From positions 10,830 to 74,829 of the forward strand of contig JAYYDR010000051.1 of the NCBI GenBank assembly GCA_036160735.1: DNA of 64,000 nucleotides, in the 5' to 3' direction. The notes below the pieces were generated by a model. The model saw only the letters and a list, made by a program, of their open reading frames with translations. It searched no databases and was not told where the DNA came from. Every line of letters begins with the position of its first letter. Position 1 is the first letter of the stretch. Shown here one piece after another: positions 47,613 through 57,439 of the stretch. Source of the DNA: Thermoplasmatota archaeon. GTDB taxonomy: Archaea; Thermoplasmatota; Poseidoniia; Poseidoniales; Poseidoniaceae. The position numbers and the translations under genes are program-made.

Positions 47613-48732
47613 TTGACAACATTCTTTCAAGCGCTATTTTTGCACCTTCTTGAACTTCAGGTGCAACAATGACTTGGTTTGGGACCTCACCGGCCTCTAG
47701 TCGCTCTAGAACATCCATCAGGTATGCTGGATGAATCATGTACATAGTGGAACAAGGGCAGACAGTCGGTTCTAGGCACTGGATATTCAAATCCTCATGC
47801 TGAGCGTCCAGTCTAGCAACCATGTTGATTTCAGTTCCTACAGCGATATGTGTGCCTGGTTCTTGCTGTGCAACGAATCTACGAATAAATTCAGTGCTAC
47901 CGTTAGCATCGGCTGCTTGAACAACTTCCATAGGACATTCTGGGTGGACAACAACCACGCCATCAGGATGTTCTTCTCTAAATGCCTCAATTTGTGGGAC
48001 GGTGAATCTTTTGTGCACTGAACAGAATCCATGCCAAAGAACTATTTTCACATCTTCTGGAAGTTCGTTTTCTTCTCCAGGGGTCCAAACAGCCATCCTT
48101 TCTAGGGGAATTCCCATCGACAAACCTGTATTTCTTCCGAGGTGCTGGTCGGGGAAGAACAAGACTGCGCCCTTCGGACCTGCTCTCTCATAGGCCCATT
48201 CTAAGATCCCAGTAGCGTTTGAAGAAGTGCAAACTATTCCGCCGTGGCGCCCACAGAAATCTTTCAATTCTGCAGCGCTATTCATGTAAGTTACAGGAAT
48301 TAAACACGACTCTCCTTCTTTTGCTGTTGCAGGGTCCTTCAGTCCAGACTTTGCTAGAATCTCATCCCACGCAATTTCCACTTCGTGAAGTGCGGCCATA
48401 TCAGCCATTGAGCAACCTGCCCGCATGTTGGGAAGGATTACTCGCTGTTCGTCAGAGGTTAGAATGTCAGCTGATTCAGCCATGAAGTGAACTCCGCAGA
48501 AAACGATGTTTTTTGCACTGGATTTGGCTGCTAACTCGGAGAGGAGAAATGAATCTCCAAGCAGATCTGCGTGCATTACTATCTGGTCACGTTGATAGTG
48601 GTGACCAAGTATCAACAGGTCGTCGCCCAGCGACTCTTTTAATTCAGCAATCCTATCAGCGATTGCTGCTTCTTCAGGACCCATCGCATCATTTGTGAAG
48701 TCGATGGCACACATCGGCAGTGACACTGTCAT
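47602..48732 (-). CDS. nadA: Quinolinate synthase
   Basis: GHHYQ, FCGVHFMAE, AGCSMA, YMNS, CSVH and HPEC motifs. Confidence 0.95.
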   Translation of the reverse strand: MTVSLPMCAIDFTNDAMGPEEAAIADRIAELKESLGDDLLILGHHYQRDQIVMHADLLGDSFLLSELAAKSSAKNIVFCGVHFMAESADILTSDEQRVILPNMRAGCSMADMAALHEVEIAWDEILAKSGLKDPATAKEGESCLIPVTYMNSAAELKDFCGRHGGIVCTSSNATGILEWAYERAGPKGAVLFFPDQHLGRNTGLSMGIPLERMAVWTPGEENELPEDVKIVLWHGFCSVHKRFTVPQIEAFREEHPDGVVVVHPECPMEVVQAADANGSTEFIRRFVAQQEPGTHIAVGTEINMVARLDAQHEDLNIQCLEPTVCPCSTMYMIHPAYLMDVLERLEAGEVPNQVIVAPEVQEGAKIALERMLSIKQ

Positions 48733-48795
48733 CCTCTAGCCTCATTACTCCCTACAGGCACTCCTTTTTGAACCATACACTTCTTCGGATAAACA

Positions 48796-49473
48796 ATGCA
48801 AGCGTGGTCAGAGGGGGAGAGGCTCCACCTTGGTGCAGAGGCAGAGGTTATTTCTGGAACTTGGCACGGCAGGCCTGCTGTTCTAAAAAAGCGCAGACCA
48901 CGCGGCTGGAGACATCCAGATTTGGATGCAAGTCTAACAAGAAAAAGGATGACTAATGAAATCAAATTGACAATTTGGTTAGCACGTAGAGGCGCACCTG
49001 TTCCTGCGATTTGGGACGTTGATATCGAAGAATCAAAAATCATCATGGAGAGAATCGAAGGGAAGCCTTTAATCGAAGTTCTGAGAAATAATGAGCATGA
49101 TGAAGAGTTGCTCATCAATGTTGGAAAAGCGATTAGAGAATTGCATCGCAATGCAGTAAATCACGGCGATTTGTCAACCAACAACATTCTAATCGACAAA
49201 AATCGCAATCCCGTATTGATTGACCTTGGATTATCATCTCGAGAATATGATCTAGAGGGATTCGGAATTGACCTCCACGTTTTACATGAAATTCTAAGAG
49301 CTAGTCATCCTGATGTCAAAGGAGCGATGGACTTAGTTCTCAAGGGATATCAAGAATTGGACGAGGAGTTAGGTGAGCCTCAACCCGCTCCCGGAGGAAT
49401 GCCGCCTGAAGCCAAAGATGTGTTGAAAAGGTTGGAGCAAATCATGATGCGAGTTCGCTATCATGGTGGTTGA
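48796..49473 (+). CDS. bud32: KEOPS kinase Bud32
   Basis: GAEA, RHPDLD, HGDLSTNN and IDLGL motifs. Confidence 0.9.
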   Translation: MQAWSEGERLHLGAEAEVISGTWHGRPAVLKKRRPRGWRHPDLDASLTRKRMTNEIKLTIWLARRGAPVPAIWDVDIEESKIIMERIEGKPLIEVLRNNEHDEELLINVGKAIRELHRNAVNHGDLSTNNILIDKNRNPVLIDLGLSSREYDLEGFGIDLHVLHEILRASHPDVKGAMDLVLKGYQELDEELGEPQPAPGGMPPEAKDVLKRLEQIMMRVRYHGG

Positions 49474-51523
49474 AATTTGACTCTTTTTGCCTCTGCATGA
49501 TATTGATGAATGAGAGTGCAATAACTAGCATAACTCCAAATTTCAGTATGTTTGAAGAATAGGGTTGTAGAGTTGGCTCCTTTTGTTGAACTTCAACACT
49601 AACGTCTCCATCACTATCCATTTGCTGATAGACGTAGTGTTCCTCCAAAACCACCGGAGCCCATTGGTCTAGGCCATCTGCGGTGAGTGGTTTTGTCAAG
49701 TTTGTTTCCAAGTCATGAATGTAAATCTCTCTATCAGCATACTCTTCAGCCGCTTGGAGGGGATTTATTTCGGTATATGCTGAGAACATCAAAACACCAT
49801 ATCCAATGTGAGGATCATATGCTGCAAACTTGTGGTCTGAAATGATTTGACTATCCCCACTGATTGTGTTTAGCAAAACAAGCCTGGAGGTTGCATTAAC
49901 ATCAACTGTAGCTGCTAACATTGTTTTTGACAATGAGATGTCTGTTATTGTTGCATTCTCAACATCAACATTCAATTCAGCATCTCTCAAGATTTCATCC
50001 TCATTAGGGTCTGCAGTGGCATTTACTTCGATAGAAATTAGACCTTCTGCGTCAACAATTCCCAAGTTAACAACTGAGGGGGCGCTCTCAAACACAAGCG
50101 CGATTTGGCCGTCGAACGATTCGAATAGGATCACTGAATCGCCATGTTCAGCATTAGGGCCAACCTTTTCCATTCCATCAAATGACCAGTAAGATACTTC
50201 ACCGTTTTCTAGTACTGCAACGCAATCATCTGTCACTATTTCGACATCTTTCGGATTGTTAACATCGATTGTTGTTTTTGCTACGTTTGGATTTGCAAGA
50301 TCTACAATCATCAAAGTCGTAGCATTAGCCATCGCAAGCATATCACCTCTAACGTCGTATGTTGAATTAGAATCCAGAATTGGTTGAATTACATCTATTT
50401 CTGAATCTAAATCAGACAAGTCATGAACGATTACAAGAGCTGATTCTTCTCTTTCATCGAGAGTAATCAACCAACCGTCTGCTGCTTCGACACCAACTGG
50501 TGCATCTACACCACCAGCCGGAATCGATTGGTGAGTCAAGTCCCAGGTGATTACACCAGCAACAACAATAATCACAACTGCGAGCATCGCACCTGTCTCT
50601 TTACTGGTTGGCTTTGTAAATCGGTTAATCTGCTTTGAAGCACTTGACTTGATTACATTCATCGCACGTTTTGGGTTTGTCAGTAAAGTGACTAAGCGTG
50701 CGTTAATCGTTCTCTCATCGAAGATTCTCCAAAACGGATCTGCCATTTTATTCGCAATACTTACGGCGATAGCAGCAACAACCATTCCTCCAATGATATC
50801 CATGAACCAGTGGATTCCCAAGTATAGGATGCAGAATGCGGTTAGGAGGACGAATGCAAAAATGATTCTTCGATATACTGTCCATCTACCGTCAGTATCG
50901 AACCTGAGAAGACATAGCCAAACGGCGAACGGGAACCCAATGTGAAGACTTGGCATGCCGTTTGTTAGAGGGTCTATTCTGTGGAACCAATCATTGATTT
51001 CCGGAGTATGATTGTATGCAAGTGTCTCCATTCCTGGGATGTAATTCCCAGTAACGTGAACGTTGAAAAATAGATAAAATGGGATTGCTATGATGTAAAC
51101 CCAGAAGATGGTCAAGCTGATTCTGTCAGCCATGTATCTGTCATCGAAGTATGCGAAGTAGAATATTGAAACATAACAGATGACCATGAATCCTACAACA
51201 TAGAAGTGAGTCATGAAAGCGGTCAACCAATCAGCCTTGAAGGTCTCTTGAACCCACAATGCCATCTCTCCCTCAATTGCATAAATCCAAGGAGTCATAT
51301 TCAGCATTCCATCGGTGTTTGCCATCAAGATTCTGTCAACCTCGTCAAGGAAATCCTTGGCGTTGTAAATGGTCAAAACTATTGCAATGTGTAGCCAATA
51401 TCTTCGTAAGAAATCAATGAATCCATCCATTGTGACCTTCGCCCAAGGTGGTTTGATGAAGGGCATTAGTATGACACCAATCGCCAATGCGGAAATCAAC
51501 CAAGTAAGATATACACCATCCAT
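49442..51523 (-). CDS. PAP2 / inositol-phosphorylceramide-synthase-like membrane enzyme fused to an extracellular beta-rich domain
   Basis: MPSLH and YLGIHWFMD catalytic motifs. A TM helix, about 330 aa of acidic beta-propeller-like sequence and a terminal TM helix follow. Confidence 0.75.
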   Translation of the reverse strand: MDGVYLTWLISALAIGVILMPFIKPPWAKVTMDGFIDFLRRYWLHIAIVLTIYNAKDFLDEVDRILMANTDGMLNMTPWIYAIEGEMALWVQETFKADWLTAFMTHFYVVGFMVICYVSIFYFAYFDDRYMADRISLTIFWVYIIAIPFYLFFNVHVTGNYIPGMETLAYNHTPEINDWFHRIDPLTNGMPSLHIGFPFAVWLCLLRFDTDGRWTVYRRIIFAFVLLTAFCILYLGIHWFMDIIGGMVVAAIAVSIANKMADPFWRIFDERTINARLVTLLTNPKRAMNVIKSSASKQINRFTKPTSKETGAMLAVVIIVVAGVITWDLTHQSIPAGGVDAPVGVEAADGWLITLDEREESALVIVHDLSDLDSEIDVIQPILDSNSTYDVRGDMLAMANATTLMIVDLANPNVAKTTIDVNNPKDVEIVTDDCVAVLENGEVSYWSFDGMEKVGPNAEHGDSVILFESFDGQIALVFESAPSVVNLGIVDAEGLISIEVNATADPNEDEILRDAELNVDVENATITDISLSKTMLAATVDVNATSRLVLLNTISGDSQIISDHKFAAYDPHIGYGVLMFSAYTEINPLQAAEEYADREIYIHDLETNLTKPLTADGLDQWAPVVLEEHYVYQQMDSDGDVSVEVQQKEPTLQPYSSNILKFGVMLVIALSFINIMQRQKESNFNHHDSELAS

Positions 51524-51602
51524 TGGATTGACCTCCTAGTTTGTTCCTGAGGTAATGGCATACAAGTGCCTTACTACGACAAATGATACCTGAAAAGGTG
51601 TT

Positions 51603-51950
51603 TCACCACGCACCGTGGACGTACGCTTTTCCATTGTCTGGGTCTTGCTTTTCTCCTAGTCTCCAAATTCTTTCGAAGCGGTGAATACCGGATGAGCAAC
51701 CATTTGTCCATTCAAATGCTAGTGCGTAATTTCCTACTGGCCTTACAGTTGGCTTTTCTTTGGGCAATCTTTCTACGGTTCTGCGCAGGACTTTAGAGGA
51801 TTCATCGTCATTCCTCTGCGGTGCACACTTTGCACACGGGCATGCATGTCTCAAGTCATCGTAAGTTATCTCATGCTCTGTTCCATCAGACCATGTGAGA
51901 TGCATGTCAACATCTCTTCTTTCCAAGCGCTTTAGTTCTGGTAAGTCCAC
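51603..51950 (-). CDS. DUF971 / GBBH-like N-terminal domain protein
   Basis: WSDG, LRHACPCAKC and VGNYAL...W...SSGI motifs. Confidence 0.85.
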   Translation of the reverse strand: MDLPELKRLERRDVDMHLTWSDGTEHEITYDDLRHACPCAKCAPQRNDDESSKVLRRTVERLPKEKPTVRPVGNYALAFEWTNGCSSGIHRFERIWRLGEKQDPDNGKAYVHGAW

Positions 51951-51959
51951 TAAATCACC

Positions 51960-52964
51960 TCAGATGATTTCTAGGCCACTATCTGTAGAGCCCGATTCCA
52001 CTCTAGATTGTATTTCGGAAACAACATTCGCAAACGCTTGCGATGATGCACCCTCAGGCTCTGAAACGATTCGGTGAACTCCGTCATCTCCACCACGTAC
52101 AAAGCCGGGGTCAAACGGTAGTTTTCCAAGGAATGGAACTCCGAATTCTTCAGCGGTTTTCTCGCCACCTCCTGACTTGAAGATATCAAGAGTACCTGAC
52201 CAGTGGCCGTCATCGTCGGCTGTGACTCGAATCGTCTTTCCTCCCGGTGCAGCGAGTTCTATTTCAGTTCCCGAAGGCGCCTTGCCTCTAACCGTATAAC
52301 CGCTCATGTTCTCAATTACACCAATGACATCTACCTTCAATGAGTTAGCGAAAGTAATCGATTTGCGAGAATCGAGAAGAGCTACGTCTTGAGGAGTGGT
52401 TACAATGACCATTCCATCGATGTCTGGTAAATTTTGAGCGACGGTTAGCGGCTCATCCGATGTACCTGGTGGGAAGTCGATGATGAGGTAGTCCAATTCT
52501 CCCCAATCTACGTCACCAATGAATTGCTGAATTGCGCCAAGTTTGATTGGACCTCTCCATACTACTGGAGTATCCTCATCCTCTAGCAAGAAAGCCATCG
52601 AGATTACCTTCACACCAAGGTGGCCTTGTGCCGGATGAATTCTACCGCTCTCTACGTTTAGACGGCGCCCACTTAGACCCATCATCTTAGGGACGTTAGG
52701 CCCTGTGATGTCGATATCTAATAGCCCAACCTTCAGACCTTGTTGAGCGAGTGATAGAGCAAGTCCGGTTGCAACGGTTGATTTACCGACGCCACCCTTT
52801 CCTGAGAGTACCATGATCTTGTGCTTGATTGCCTTACCCATCTCTGAAATCGCCATCTTGCGCTTCATCTGATTGTATGCTGCCTCCATCTTCTTTTGTT
52901 CTTCAGGAGATGGTCCGGCAGGTGCGTCGCCGGGGTTGTTTACCTTAACTGGTGAATCAGCCAT
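51960..52964 (-). CDS. mrp: Mrp/NBP35/ApbC-family ATPase
   Basis: SGKGGVGKST, DIDITGP, WRGP, DFPPGTSD, VTTPQ and ENMS motifs. Confidence 0.9.
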   Translation of the reverse strand: MADSPVKVNNPGDAPAGPSPEEQKKMEAAYNQMKRKMAISEMGKAIKHKIMVLSGKGGVGKSTVATGLALSLAQQGLKVGLLDIDITGPNVPKMMGLSGRRLNVESGRIHPAQGHLGVKVISMAFLLEDEDTPVVWRGPIKLGAIQQFIGDVDWGELDYLIIDFPPGTSDEPLTVAQNLPDIDGMVIVTTPQDVALLDSRKSITFANSLKVDVIGVIENMSGYTVRGKAPSGTEIELAAPGGKTIRVTADDDGHWSGTLDIFKSGGGEKTAEEFGVPFLGKLPFDPGFVRGGDDGVHRIVSEPEGASSQAFANVVSEIQSRVESGSTDSGLEII

Positions 52965-53295
52965 TAGTTTCCTCGGCGGGCCTGTTGTACTTCAACCCTT
53001 TTTCAGTACCATACTGAATGATTAATACAGCGATAACCCAAATCAGAATCGTCCAAGACAACTGCATACCTGCATATGCCCAACCTAGACCTATACCTAG
53101 TGCGACTACCGGATATCGAGCGTGAGTGCAGTTTCCACCAATCCGATGCAGAATCAGACCGGCGAACAAAGTCTGAATTGTTATCATGGCTGCGATTAAT
53201 CTGAAAATCAAGTCAAAGTCATTTGCTGCGGCGATGATATGAGCTACAAACAGGGTCACAAAAACGCCAGTGTAGGTCAAAATCGGCTTCCACAT
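52957..53295 (-). CDS. Small membrane protein (~4 TM)
   Basis: Hydrophobic 112-aa ORF whose end overlaps the mrp start. Confidence 0.7.
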   Translation of the reverse strand: MWKPILTYTGVFVTLFVAHIIAAANDFDLIFRLIAAMITIQTLFAGLILHRIGGNCTHARYPVVALGIGLGWAYAGMQLSWTILIWVIAVLIIQYGTEKGLKYNRPAEETNG

Positions 53296-53348
53296 CTATT
53301 GAGGCTATGTGGCATTTATTCATATGCCTCTGCTACCAGAGCATCACC

Positions 53349-53711
53349 ATGCGACTACTATTCGTGTGTGTAGGAAACTCCTGCCGCTCACAAATGGCAG
53401 AAGGTATTGCAAGAAGCCTTGGTCATGATGCCGCTAGTGCTGGAACTCATCCAGCTTCTCAAGTCAGTTCCAACGCATTGAAGATTCTTGAATCAAAGGG
53501 AATTAGCACTGAAGGATTGTATCCAAAACTTGTCGATGATATCGATTGGCAATCCTATGACATGGTAATTTCAATGGGTTGCGGAGTAAGTTGCCCAATG
53601 ATCAGAATAGACCAAGACTGGGAACTTGAAGACCCAGTTGGTCAACCCCTGGAAGTTTTCGAGGCATGCGCTGAGACAATCGAAGCAAACATCAGAAGTT
53701 TGCAATCCTAA
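53349..53711 (+). CDS. arsC: Arsenate reductase / low-molecular-weight phosphatase family
   Basis: CVGNSCRSQMAE, SAGT, MGCGVSCP and WELEDP motifs. Confidence 0.88.
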   Translation: MRLLFVCVGNSCRSQMAEGIARSLGHDAASAGTHPASQVSSNALKILESKGISTEGLYPKLVDDIDWQSYDMVISMGCGVSCPMIRIDQDWELEDPVGQPLEVFEACAETIEANIRSLQS

Positions 53712-53714
53712 TCA

Positions 53715-53740
53715 GGCACCCCCGCTTTCGCAGGGGTGCC
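53715..53740 (-). terminator. Hairpin between convergent genes
   Basis: Minus strand GGCACCCCTGC-GAAA-GCGGGGGTGCC (11-bp stem with one G:U, GAAA tetraloop). Confidence 0.6.
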
Positions 53741-53748
53741 CTCAAGGT

Positions 53749-56700
53749 TCACTCTCTGCGGATTAATGCAGCACCGAGTAGACCGATTGTTGCAATGAAT
53801 CCAGTGAATCCTGGGAGCATGCTCATCATTGGGTTCTCGTCGCTGTAAGCGCCAGCTTCGCTAGAGTATAGGCGAGCGAAATTCCACTCTAGGTCCACAT
53901 CCAAAGTAGCGTTGTTTATCATTACGAAGTCACCAGTAGTCAGGGTACCACTCTCATCTGAGTCAACAAACACGATGGCTTGTGTCAGCATAGCTACCAT
54001 TGCTGCTTCCTCGGATTCAACCATTATCTCAGATAGTGCGACTGAGTATACTGTCTCTGTACACACAATATCTGACAAAGACGTTCCGTCGCACATTGCT
54101 AGCTCAACACGATAGTCGTCAATATCTGCACCAAATGGTAGCACACCGAACACCATATACATCTTCATGTCTTCAGCGTCTCCATCTTCCATGTCTTCCA
54201 TTTCGCTCATGAATGTCATGAATTCATCAAAATCAAGACCGCCTGAATCGTCATCATCGTAATTATCCATCATTCCAGCAAACATGTCGAATTCGTCCTC
54301 AGACATTGGCTCGTCAGTTGAATTAGAGAAATCGAACCATTCGCTGGCAGTGACTTCACCGTCACCGTTTGTATCGAGCATGTTGAACATCATCTCTGGA
54401 TCCATGTCGCCATCATCATCTCCCATGTTATCCATATTGTCCATCATGTTGACGAACTCAGAGAAGTTTAGGCCGCTAGAGTTGTCTTCATCGAACATCT
54501 CAATCATCATCGAAAGTCCATTCCAGTCTTCCTCGGTAATTCCTTCCCCTGACTGGTTCATCATGTCAGCCCATTCACTGGCAGTCACTTCTCCGTCTTC
54601 ATTCGCATCGAACATGTCGAACATCATCTGTGGGTCAAAATCATCATCATCTGATTCAACTGAAATTATCAAACCGCTTTGAGTTGCTTCATCGTATTGA
54701 TACATGATTAGCGTCTCTCCCCAGCCACTTACGATTAGGAAAGCGCTTCCATCTGCATCGGTAATGTTTCCAATCCATTCCGTACACATGCTGGTGTTGT
54801 TGTCATAATCTCCGTCACAATCCATGTAGTTGTTCTCGTGGGTGGTTTCCCACAACATTGTGGTGTTCGCATCATAGTAAATCTCACCTTGTTCACATAC
54901 GGTCTCGTTCCCTTGCATCCAACATTCTTCCCAAATTAGGTTGGTTGGCATGGTAAATGTGGAGTTGTCAAACTCGTACATATCGTAGGATAAATTGGTG
55001 CTGATGATTTCCATTCCACATATCGAGTAATCCAAACTTGAATTGTCGAAGATTGAGAATCCTGCGGAATTCTGTGCAACGAATGGCGTACAGGAGTAGA
55101 AAGGTTCTGGTTCTTGTGGGTAATCGTACCAGCACCTCCAAGTGCCATTAGATTCCAATTCGCAGTTTTCCCACCCGTCGGCTCCTTCAGGTGTGACGCA
55201 TTCATAGAAATCAGTTTCATTATCGTAATTGCAGTTGTCGTAGTAGTAGTACTCTACGTCTTCATTGTCTTCATCTGCGTAACCTACAAAGCACATCCAA
55301 GAGCCATTGGACTCTAGAGAGCAGTCTTCGTAATTGTAGCCGTGACTCTCTTCATAGTCGCCGTCGCCGTCGTGATCCCACTCGTCCATCCAGCATTCGT
55401 AATAATTGCCTTCATCGGTACAGTTGTCGTAGTAGTGGAACACTTCTTCTCCAGGCCCATCACCGGACTCATCTGAACCGTCTTCACAATCTGGATACCC
55501 GTCATTTACCCAATCCGATGGGATTGTTTCTCCGTTATCACACACGAAGTCGTCATCTGAACCGCCATCATCTCCACCATCGTATCCGTTGGTGTATCTG
55601 TCGTTGTCAGCTGAGTTTGCATAATCAGAGGACTGTCCATAGTCATCCGTACAATACCAGTCGCCTTCGTGAAGTTCACAGTAGTACCACCAGTTTTCCC
55701 AATCTGAATCGGATTGGTCTTCTTTGCAAGACCATCGAACATCGTCGTCTGGGTTTCCTTCCCACTCGCAATAACCACCCATGTATGGGTACCAAGATGT
55801 GTCATCTCCAGAGTCTCCATCTCCAGAATCTGACATGTCGAACAGAACGTATGGTAGCGCAGAAAGTGCGATCGTGTTATCGGTTGAGGTATCACCAGAT
55901 TCAATCATCATGAATTCTACCCAGTTATCCTCTTCTTCTGCGTCTTCCATCGTGAATCCAAGAACCTTGAAGGTCGAGTCAGTATGGATTTCTAAGTAAC
56001 TGAAAGGCGCATCATCAATGTTTAGAGAACCACTGAAAGTGAATCCTGTTTCATCGGGTGCAAATCCAGTGATTGTTGCGGATAGAGGATTGAAGTACTG
56101 TGTGTAGTCATTAACATCAACCTCGCCAAAGTCTGCCATTTCTTGCATGTCTTCCATGTCATCGCTAGGACCGCTGCTTGCAGGGACCCACATGTATCCA
56201 TCACCCTCACAGGTCATTTGGTCATAATATTCGAAAAGAACCATGTGAGTGCTCATATCGTAGCAGACCATATCATCGTCACCGCTACCCATGTCATCGT
56301 CATAACTTCCCATATCATCGTCATCATCATCAGACATCATCATCTCCATAGCATCCTCAAAAGTTTCTGCATGTTTCATTCTAACGGTGAAATCTTCAGT
56401 TGAGTTCTTGATGTGGAATTGAACTTCATTGCCTGAGATAATAATCTCAGAGGATTCTGTTTCTCCATCAATAGTATGTTCCATCGTAGACTTGAATCCT
56501 GTTGGAGTGATTACTGTGGTTTCCATGTAGTGAATGGATACTTCAACAACATCAGGACATCCATTGTATGGTTGATTCTCATCTACCTGGTCTGGATTCC
56601 AATATTCCCACTCGTAGCAAGATTCCATGTCAACGTAAACTTCTGACATTTCCATTGAGTAACCAACTGTTGTGTCAAGTGTTTCCATGTCTGGTCCATC

Positions 56701-56937
56701 CTCAATCATGGTGATAAAGTCGACAATTGTTGCCTCGAGGGAATCCTCATGTACACACAAATCGTCACTGGCGTTGGTTACATTTGCAACGTAATTTAGG
56801 GCTGTCTCATCTCCACAGCCTACGATTTCTAATGTGTCTTCTATAAGGTCTTCAATAACCTCTTCAGCGTCTTCTGTTCCTAAACATCCTGCCAGCAGGA
56901 GCAGGGCTGTCATACATAGAGCGAGTGCTTTTTGCAT
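53749..56937 (-). CDS. Acidic cell-surface protein with a lipobox, LDL-receptor-A-like module, EF-hands and PGF-CTERM
   Basis: LAGC lipobox and FVCDNGETIPSDWVNDGYPDCEDGSDE. EF-hand loops DANEDGEVTASE, DEDNSSGLNFSE, DTNGDGEVTASE and DDDDSGGLDFDE. C-terminal LPGF-TM-RRE. Confidence 0.85.
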   Translation of the reverse strand: MQKALALCMTALLLLAGCLGTEDAEEVIEDLIEDTLEIVGCGDETALNYVANVTNASDDLCVHEDSLEATIVDFITMIEDGPDMETLDTTVGYSMEMSEVYVDMESCYEWEYWNPDQVDENQPYNGCPDVVEVSIHYMETTVITPTGFKSTMEHTIDGETESSEIIISGNEVQFHIKNSTEDFTVRMKHAETFEDAMEMMMSDDDDDDMGSYDDDMGSGDDDMVCYDMSTHMVLFEYYDQMTCEGDGYMWVPASSGPSDDMEDMQEMADFGEVDVNDYTQYFNPLSATITGFAPDETGFTFSGSLNIDDAPFSYLEIHTDSTFKVLGFTMEDAEEEDNWVEFMMIESGDTSTDNTIALSALPYVLFDMSDSGDGDSGDDTSWYPYMGGYCEWEGNPDDDVRWSCKEDQSDSDWENWWYYCELHEGDWYCTDDYGQSSDYANSADNDRYTNGYDGGDDGGSDDDFVCDNGETIPSDWVNDGYPDCEDGSDESGDGPGEEVFHYYDNCTDEGNYYECWMDEWDHDGDGDYEESHGYNYEDCSLESNGSWMCFVGYADEDNEDVEYYYYDNCNYDNETDFYECVTPEGADGWENCELESNGTWRCWYDYPQEPEPFYSCTPFVAQNSAGFSIFDNSSLDYSICGMEIISTNLSYDMYEFDNSTFTMPTNLIWEECWMQGNETVCEQGEIYYDANTTMLWETTHENNYMDCDGDYDNNTSMCTEWIGNITDADGSAFLIVSGWGETLIMYQYDEATQSGLIISVESDDDDFDPQMMFDMFDANEDGEVTASEWADMMNQSGEGITEEDWNGLSMMIEMFDEDNSSGLNFSEFVNMMDNMDNMGDDDGDMDPEMMFNMLDTNGDGEVTASEWFDFSNSTDEPMSEDEFDMFAGMMDNYDDDDSGGLDFDEFMTFMSEMEDMEDGDAEDMKMYMVFGVLPFGADIDDYRVELAMCDGTSLSDIVCTETVYSVALSEIMVESEEAAMVAMLTQAIVFVDSDESGTLTTGDFVMINNATLDVDLEWNFARLYSSEAGAYSDENPMMSMLPGFTGFIATIGLLGAALIRRE

Positions 56938-56992
56938 GGTTGCTGCGCGTCCGAGGCGGTATTAAAGGGTAACACCTGCGTTACCAACAAAA

Positions 56993-57439
56993 TCATTCAG
57001 AAAGGGTGAGTAATTCAGCCCCTTGTGGCACTTGGTCGCCTTCTTTGAAATGAATGGACTCAACCTTTCCGTCATTAGATGCAACGATTTTATGTTCCAT
57101 TTTCATCGCTTCCATGACCATGAGAATATCACCTGAAACGACATTCTGTCCTTTAGTTACGTAAACTTCGAGAATCTTCCCTGGCATTGGTGCAGTCAGG
57201 CCGCCATCATCGTCTGCAGATGAGGCGCCGGCCTCTACTACCTCGAATTGAAGCGTATGCCCTAGTACGTGTACCCACCAAACATCTCCAACCTTTGTTG
57301 CGATCGCTTTGTGCTTTCTTCCGTCGATTTCCAACCACAAATTTTCGCCAGTGTGCAAAGTCATTCCTTCATGGGTGAAAGAATTCCCATCCCTTGAAGG
57401 GTCGATTTCGATTCGACCATTTGAGGTTTTGAATTCCAT
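56993..57439 (-). CDS. Biotin carboxyl carrier protein
   Basis: APMPG and EAMKM biotinylation motif. Confidence 0.92.
   Translation of the reverse strand: MEFKTSNGRIEIDPSRDGNSFTHEGMTLHTGENLWLEIDGRKHKAIATKVGDVWWVHVLGHTLQFEVVEAGASSADDDGGLTAPMPGKILEVYVTKGQNVVSGDILMVMEAMKMEHKIVASNDGKVESIHFKEGDQVPQGAELLTLSE

Noticed and set aside
54180..56340. Short repeats such as tcatcatc and the duplicated ggcagtgacttc-like segments
   Set aside because: These are coding repeats (poly-Asp, duplicated EF-hands), not CRISPR or mobile repeats.
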